In this document: positions 58,223 to 64,000 of the stretch, in pieces
How positions within the stretch are numbered: the first letter of the stretch is position 1
Layout: each line of letters opens with the position of its first letter
Assembly (NCBI GenBank): GCA_963422375.2
Contig: OY729428.2
Location: forward strand, 2,976,001-3,040,000
DNA length: 64,000 bases
Source of the DNA: Bryobacterales bacterium
GTDB taxonomy: Bacteria > Acidobacteriota > Terriglobia > Bryobacterales > UBA6623
Direction: 5' to 3'
Notes under the pieces: model-generated
Seen by the model: the letters and a program-made list of their open reading frames with translations, nothing else
The model's database searches: none
Told to the model about the DNA's origin: nothing
Position numbers and translations under genes: made by a program

Positions 58223-61200
58223 ATGCAACTTCGCACCACATTGGTCTCAGGCGCCCTGAGGACCGCCGTCGTGTTGATGGCGCTTCTGGCCGGAGCGTCT
58301 CTGTGTCAGGCGCAGGTCTCGACCGCCACGATCAACGGAAGCGTGACCGACGAGCAAGGGGCCGTAATCCCCGGCGCGCAACTTACCTTGACGAACATCG
58401 AGACCGGCGTCAACCAACAGACGCAGAGCAACGAGGCGGGCCTCTATCGTTTCCAGAACGTTCAAATCGGCGTCTACACCTTGGATGCCTCCTCGGATGG
58501 ATTCACGACACAGCGCCTCGAACCGTTCACGCTTACAGTCAACCAAACTACGACGCTCGACTTCGCAATGCAAATCGGTGCCGTCACCGAAACGGTCGAG
58601 GTCATCGCTACGGCGGTGCAGTTGCAAAGCTCGTCTGCGGAATTGGGGCAGGCGGTGGAGGAGCGCACGGTCAAGGCGCTTCCGCTCAACGGTCGCAACT
58701 TCACCCAGATGCTGATGCTGCAACCCGGCGTCGTCATGGTGCGGCCGCCGGGAAGCCAGTCGCTGAGCTACACACGCCAGATCGGCGAGGCGGCGAACCC
58801 TGCGGTCAACGGCCAGAACAACCGAGCGAACGTCTACATGCTGGACGGCGTCGCCAACTTCGAGACCTTCGGCAATGCTTACGCCGTGCCGCCCATCTTG
58901 GACGCGATCGCCGAGTTCAAGGTGCAATCGCACAACGACTCGGCCGAGTTCGGCATGGGGTCGGGAGGCATCGTCAACATCGTCACCAAATCCGGCACGA
59001 ACGACTACCACGGGGTTGCCTTCTGGTTCCTGAAGAATGACAACCTCAACGCGCTGCAGTTCAACCGGACGACGAAAGACGAGTTCCGGCAGAATCAGTT
59101 CGGCGGCACGCTCGGAGGCCCGGTGGTCCGCAACAGGACCTTCTTCTTCGGCGCCGCGCAAATCTTCCGCTTTGCCACCCCCGGCGCCCAGTTCTACAAC
59201 GTGCCCACGGCCGCGCAACTCGGAGGGGACTTCAGCCAGTCCGGGAGGGACATTTTCGATCCGGCGAGCACCGTCGAGAATCCCGACAATCCGGGGGCGT
59301 TTGTCCGGACCCAGTTCAGCAACAACCGCATTCCGCAGGACCGTCTCGACCCGAGCATTCTCGGCTACTTGCAGGCCACGGGATTGCCGAAGCCTTCCTC
59401 AACTGAGCGCCCGGAATTCAATGCAGTAGACAATCGCAGTCGCACGACCAATCAAGAGGAATGGCAGGTCAAGGTCGATCATCACTTCAGCGCCCGCGAC
59501 ACCGCGTGGTTTCGCTTCAGCACTCTCAGCCAGTCCGGCCTGAGCAGCGGCGGGCGGGAAGGCCTCGTCAATAGCAACCAGATGGACGCGGTGAATTTCT
59601 CCGGCAGCTACGTGCATGTATTCAATCCGACGATGACCGGTCAGTTCCAATTCGGGCGATCACTCAGCGACATTCCCACGATCCGCGAATTCGACGGGCT
59701 GGATGGTGCGTCCATCGCCCAACAAGCCGGGTTTCCGTCGGGCATCTTCGAATACAGGGACGGCCCGGTCCTTTCGGGCATCAGCGCGGCGAATTACTTC
59801 GGCGGTACGCCGGCTATCGTGACGAATCGGCCGGCGAACAATTACCAGATCAAGGGCGACATCAGTATCGTCAAGGGCAACCATACACTTCGCTTCGGGG
59901 GCGACTTCATGTTCGCTACCATGTCGCGCACGCAGGCTTCCCACGGAGTGACCTACACGGAGATCACTACGGGAGATTTCGCGAATTCAGCGACTACGGG
60001 TGACTCGGTGGCCTCCATGCTCCTGAACTACGTCGAAGCGTCGTCCCGGCGCAACATCGTCGAGTCGCTGCGCTTCGGCGGCAACCAGGGAATCTATTTT
60101 CAGGACTCTTGGAAGGCGACCCCCAAGCTCACAGTAAATCTCGGGCTGCGCTTCGACTACGCCTGGGTGCCGCAGTACGGAACCGTCGAGGACGGCAATA
60201 TCTTCACCGGCAACGCGAACACGGACACGGGCCAGTATGCCGTCCTCAAGGTGCCGGGAGCCTGCGCGGAGGTAGGCGGCGCACCCTGCATCCCCACGCC
60301 AGACGGCAGCTTGCCGGAGAACGTGATCGCCTTGGGGGACGACGCCGTGCTGTTTCCCGGTCGCGGCCCGATGTTCGGTCCCCGGATTGGCTTGGCATAC
60401 CGCTTGACCGACAAGACCACGATGCGATTCTCGGTCGGCGCCGTGTACGACAACTTCGCCGGAATCTATCAGAGCGCGCGGGGCATCGGCGGGAACTGGC
60501 CGGACGTTTCGGTCACGCGCTTCGGAATCCTCTCCAAGCCCACCCCCAGCGACCCGAGGCCGCAGGTCAAGGCGCAGGACATCCTGCTCGGTCAGTCCAG
60601 CGTGCCCGCGCCCACGCCCTTCAACACGCAGTGGTGGTTCGTCGATCCCGGGTTTGAGCAAGCGTACTCGATGCAATGGAACTTCGGCATCCAGCACCAG
60701 TTGCGGCGCAACACGGTCGTGGAGGCGAACTATGTCGGTTCGGGCAACCGCGACCTTTCGCTTGGAGGTCGGCGCAATACGGCCGTGACGCCGGGCCCCG
60801 GTGACCCAAAGGACCGCATGCGATTCCCGTACATGCGGCCGACGTACTTCGAAAAATCAATCGGTCGCAGCAGCTACAACAGCCTGCAGCTATCGATGAA
60901 GCGGAGCTTCACTGGCGGTTTGGCGGCGACCTTGGCCTACACTTGGGCAAAGTCAATCGACATCGGCTGCTCCGGATTTTTCGGCACGGAGGGCTGCTCC
61001 GTGCAGAACGAATACGATTTGGACAGCCAGCGAAGCGTGTCCGCCAACGACATCCCGCATTACTTCGTAGGCAGCTTGGTCTACGACGTTCCGGTCGGTC
61101 GCGGCAGGCGGTTGGGCGCGGACATTCCAAAGGCGCTGGATCACGTTATCGGCGGCTGGCAGTTCAACGCCCTCGTTAACTTCCGGGGCGGACTCCCCTA

Positions 61201-61594
61201 CCACGTCAGCGTGCCCGGAGACTTGGCGAACGTAGGCAATCCGTGGACCTACCTGCGGGCCAATCTTGTCGGCGACGCGCACGGGGGCAGTCGCACTCGC
61301 CAGAACTGGCTCAGCCGGAATGCATTCGCCGCTCCCGACCAGTTCACGTTCGGGACGCTGGGCCGCAACACCCTGCGCCCGGACGGCGTGCAAAGGTTCG
61401 ACCTGTCGCTGTTCAAGCAGGTTGCGGTCTCCGAGCGGCTAGCGGTCCAGATCCGTGCCGAAGCGTTCAATGCCTTCAACCAGAACATGCTGGCGAACCC
61501 CGACTCGAACCTTGCGAGCCCGCGGTTCGGCCTGATCACCGCTACACAGGTGCCTCCCCGCGAATTCCAACTGGGCATGAAGATTATCTTCTAG
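58223..61594 (+). CDS. TonB-dependent receptor, intact
   Basis: 1123 aa; AAGGAG SD; LPLNGRNF, TKSGTN, RQNQFGG; C-terminal GMKIIF. Confidence 0.95.
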   Translation: MQLRTTLVSGALRTAVVLMALLAGASLCQAQVSTATINGSVTDEQGAVIPGAQLTLTNIETGVNQQTQSNEAGLYRFQNVQIGVYTLDASSDGFTTQRLEPFTLTVNQTTTLDFAMQIGAVTETVEVIATAVQLQSSSAELGQAVEERTVKALPLNGRNFTQMLMLQPGVVMVRPPGSQSLSYTRQIGEAANPAVNGQNNRANVYMLDGVANFETFGNAYAVPPILDAIAEFKVQSHNDSAEFGMGSGGIVNIVTKSGTNDYHGVAFWFLKNDNLNALQFNRTTKDEFRQNQFGGTLGGPVVRNRTFFFGAAQIFRFATPGAQFYNVPTAAQLGGDFSQSGRDIFDPASTVENPDNPGAFVRTQFSNNRIPQDRLDPSILGYLQATGLPKPSSTERPEFNAVDNRSRTTNQEEWQVKVDHHFSARDTAWFRFSTLSQSGLSSGGREGLVNSNQMDAVNFSGSYVHVFNPTMTGQFQFGRSLSDIPTIREFDGLDGASIAQQAGFPSGIFEYRDGPVLSGISAANYFGGTPAIVTNRPANNYQIKGDISIVKGNHTLRFGGDFMFATMSRTQASHGVTYTEITTGDFANSATTGDSVASMLLNYVEASSRRNIVESLRFGGNQGIYFQDSWKATPKLTVNLGLRFDYAWVPQYGTVEDGNIFTGNANTDTGQYAVLKVPGACAEVGGAPCIPTPDGSLPENVIALGDDAVLFPGRGPMFGPRIGLAYRLTDKTTMRFSVGAVYDNFAGIYQSARGIGGNWPDVSVTRFGILSKPTPSDPRPQVKAQDILLGQSSVPAPTPFNTQWWFVDPGFEQAYSMQWNFGIQHQLRRNTVVEANYVGSGNRDLSLGGRRNTAVTPGPGDPKDRMRFPYMRPTYFEKSIGRSSYNSLQLSMKRSFTGGLAATLAYTWAKSIDIGCSGFFGTEGCSVQNEYDLDSQRSVSANDIPHYFVGSLVYDVPVGRGRRLGADIPKALDHVIGGWQFNALVNFRGGLPYHVSVPGDLANVGNPWTYLRANLVGDAHGGSRTRQNWLSRNAFAAPDQFTFGTLGRNTLRPDGVQRFDLSLFKQVAVSERLAVQIRAEAFNAFNQNMLANPDSNLASPRFGLITATQVPPREFQLGMKIIF

Positions 61595-62230
61595 ATCCGA
61601 GCTGTAGGCCAGAACGGGGGCGCGTCGCCCGAAGTCGCTCTTGGGAGAGGGTGGCGCGTTCCCAAGTTCCGTGTTTGCCCACTTCGGGCTCATTGGACTG
61701 GTACAGTCGTTGGCGTTGCTGCCCCTAGAGCAACTAGAGGTACTTCCCGACGACGAAAGCTCGGACTAGCCTGCGGCCGGAGCCCCCAAGCGGTAGGTCT
61801 AGCCGGGGAGGTCCGTCCCCGGGGCTGTCCGCCGCGGTTCGGGCGCTTGGAGCGATTCCAGCCGACGGGCGAGCAGGGTTGCCGAACACCCTCCCGTCGA
61901 CCCAGGTTCCTCATCGGGGGTCGTCCCTGTCCAAGGCCCCATGGCAGGACAGCCCTCGGCTGTACCGCAGCGCGGGCCGATTGCCGTCCCCGCGTCGTCG
62001 GCAGGCACCGGGCCTGACCGGCCATGCCTCGCCCCCGGCGAAGAACCGTCGCGGACTCCCCCTCGCCGCCGGATCGCGGCAGAGGTCCGGCTAGGTCGTC
62101 GTGGCTCGACCGGACCCCCTCGCGCAAGTCCGCCCCGCAGAGCGCCTCTGGCCGGCGGCGAAGCGCCACCCCGCCACTCGCAGCCATCGCAGGCACGTGC
62201 CGCCCGGCCAGCACCGTTCGCGGCCGCGAT

Positions 62231-62683
62231 TCACTGAGCCAGGGGCCGGTCCGTCGCGCGCACCATGGTGGCCATGAGCGCGGCCACTAGCCTCTCGCTC
62301 CCACCCTCGACCGCGACCGCCTCGCCCGAGCACACCGTGAGCCGCCGGCCCGGCTTGAGAACGCGGCCTCGCGCGCGGATGCGGTCACCCCGAGCCGGAG
62401 CGATGAAGTTGATCTTGTACTCGACCGTGAGCACGGTCGATCCGGGCGGCATCAGCGTGAGCGCCGAGCACCCGCAAGCCGTATCGACGATCGCAGCGAC
62501 GACTGCCCCGTGCAGATAGCCGTGGTGCTGCAGCAAGTCGTTCCTGAGCGGCATCCCGATTTCGACGGCGCCCTCGGCGATTCCGGTGATTTCGGCACCG
62601 ATCATCTGCATGAAGGGCTGCTTGCCAAAGGTCAGGCGAACACTAGCCTCAAAGTCAGAATCTTGCGCATGAAAGGTCGACAT
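62231..62683 (-). CDS. PaaI-family thioesterase
   Basis: QHHGYLHGAVVAAIVDTACG, TVEYKINF. Confidence 0.92.
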   Translation of the reverse strand: MSTFHAQDSDFEASVRLTFGKQPFMQMIGAEITGIAEGAVEIGMPLRNDLLQHHGYLHGAVVAAIVDTACGCSALTLMPPGSTVLTVEYKINFIAPARGDRIRARGRVLKPGRRLTVCSGEAVAVEGGSERLVAALMATMVRATDRPLAQ

Positions 62684-62832
62684 GCACTGCCCCCTGTCCG
62701 CGCATCTCGGAAGGTCCGAAAGCGTCCCCAACATGGTACCCGCGAAAGCGCCGGGCAGAATCGATCCCCCGATGCAAGCGGGCGCTCCGCCTGCGGCGGC
62801 TCCGAGAGTAGAATGTCTCTGCCTGCCTACCC

Positions 62833-64000
62833 ATGCCAAATCGATCGCCCTGCCGCCCTCGACCATGGAGCGGCCGCGCCGCCGAAGCCCTGCTTGTTGC
62901 CGCCTGGGCCCTCGCCTGCGCCGCGCCGCCGCCAAACGAGACGGAACTCGAGCGGGAGCAGATCACGTCGGGCCCGCTGAACCACTTCTTCGGCTACATC
63001 GGCCACGTCGGCACGATTCCGTGGAACGCGAGCGGGCGCTACATCGTCGCTCTGCGCACCGAATTCGTGAACCGCATGCCCGGCCCGGACGATGCCGCGG
63101 AGGTGATCCTGCTCGACACCGAGAACGACTACCAGGCGCTCGCGGTGGACAAGTCGAGGGCTTGGAACGTCCAGCAGGGCACGATGCTGTACTGGAACCC
63201 GGCCGACCCAGAGAACCAGTTCTTTTTCAACGACCGCGACCCGGAGACCGGCAAGGTCTTCTGCGTGCTGTACGACGTAGCCCGGGCCAGGCGCGTCCGG
63301 GAGTACCGCTTCGAGGATACGCCGGTCGGGAACGGCGGGGTGTCCTTCGACGGTAAGCGCTTTGCGGGGATCAACTACGCGCGGATGGCGAGGCTGCGGC
63401 GCGTAACCGGCTATCCCGGGGCGTGGGACTGGACCGAGGGGGTCAGTGCCCCGGAGAACGACGGCGTGTTCCTCGTCGACATCGAGAGCGGCGAGAAGGA
63501 ATTGCTGGTTTCATTCCGCGAGCTCGCGGAGGCCCTCCGCAGGGAGAGGCCCGGGATCGACTCGCTCCCCTTGTTCATCAATCACACGCTCTGGAGCCGC
63601 ACGGGCGAACGGCTGTTCTTCTTCGCCAGGGCGAACTTCGGCAAGCCGGGCCGCGTCAACGCGTCGTTCACGATCGCCCGCGACGGCACTGACCTGAGAC
63701 GCCAGGAGACCCATATCGGGGGCCACCCCGAGTGGGACGCGGGAACGCGCATGATCGGATCCATCGCCCGCCGCCAGTCGATCTTCGACGTCGAGTCACA
63801 GAAACTGGCGGAACTGATCGGCGACAGCGAGCTCTTCCCGGATCCGGAAGGCGACATCGCGCTCTCCCCTGACCTCGCGTGGCTGGCCAATGGCTACAAG
63901 CGAGATGGCAAGCTGCACTACGTCATCCACAACCGGCGCACGGGAGCGACCTACCGCGCCGGTGGCTTCGACATCTTCGGCCGTGTCTCCGGAGACCTGC
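62833..64000 (+). CDS. Probable lipoprotein, beta-propeller (TolB/oligogalacturonate-lyase-like); runs off window
   Basis: Open frame from ATG 62833: ALAC lipobox, NHFFGY, AWNVQQG, FINHTLWS, GGHPEW; TAGAAT upstream. Confidence 0.75.
   Translation, partial: MPNRSPCRPRPWSGRAAEALLVAAWALACAAPPPNETELEREQITSGPLNHFFGYIGHVGTIPWNASGRYIVALRTEFVNRMPGPDDAAEVILLDTENDYQALAVDKSRAWNVQQGTMLYWNPADPENQFFFNDRDPETGKVFCVLYDVARARRVREYRFEDTPVGNGGVSFDGKRFAGINYARMARLRRVTGYPGAWDWTEGVSAPENDGVFLVDIESGEKELLVSFRELAEALRRERPGIDSLPLFINHTLWSRTGERLFFFARANFGKPGRVNASFTIARDGTDLRRQETHIGGHPEWDAGTRMIGSIARRQSIFDVESQKLAELIGDSELFPDPEGDIALSPDLAWLANGYKRDGKLHYVIHNRRTGATYRAGGFDIFGRVSGDL

Overview
High-GC bacterial chromosomal window. The gene content (four carboxypeptidase-domain TonB-dependent receptors, CRTAC1/ASPIC-UnbV, TPR proteins, Tat-exported hydrolases) suggests Acidobacteriota (Bryobacterales-like); this is inference. 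Housekeeping genes are coaD, an aspartate aminotransferase, a mannose-6-P isomerase, trpS, a LysR regulator and an F1-only atpHAGD-[SGNH hydrolase]-atpC cluster. About 13.6 kb (~21%) is mobile DNA. I could delimit, mostly by terminal repeats and target duplications, two IS1380 (CTAG target), five IS1595 copies of two types, two ISNCY, one IS110 with a ~250-nt leader (candidate bridge RNA) and two ~260-bp MITE-like elements. Several are nested and most transposases are degenerate. Several host genes are pseudogenised. Main observations: (i) two opposite context-specific mutational signatures (CCWGG->CCAAG/CCTAG in host genes; T->C, notably CTGG->CCGG, in IS copies); (ii) a probable hidden IS1380-mediated rearrangement masked by the fixed CTAG target; (iii) the IS110 non-coding leader; (iv) two unannotated MITEs. 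No CRISPR, rRNA or tRNA was seen, and no wholly new multi-gene system can be firmly demonstrated from this window alone.
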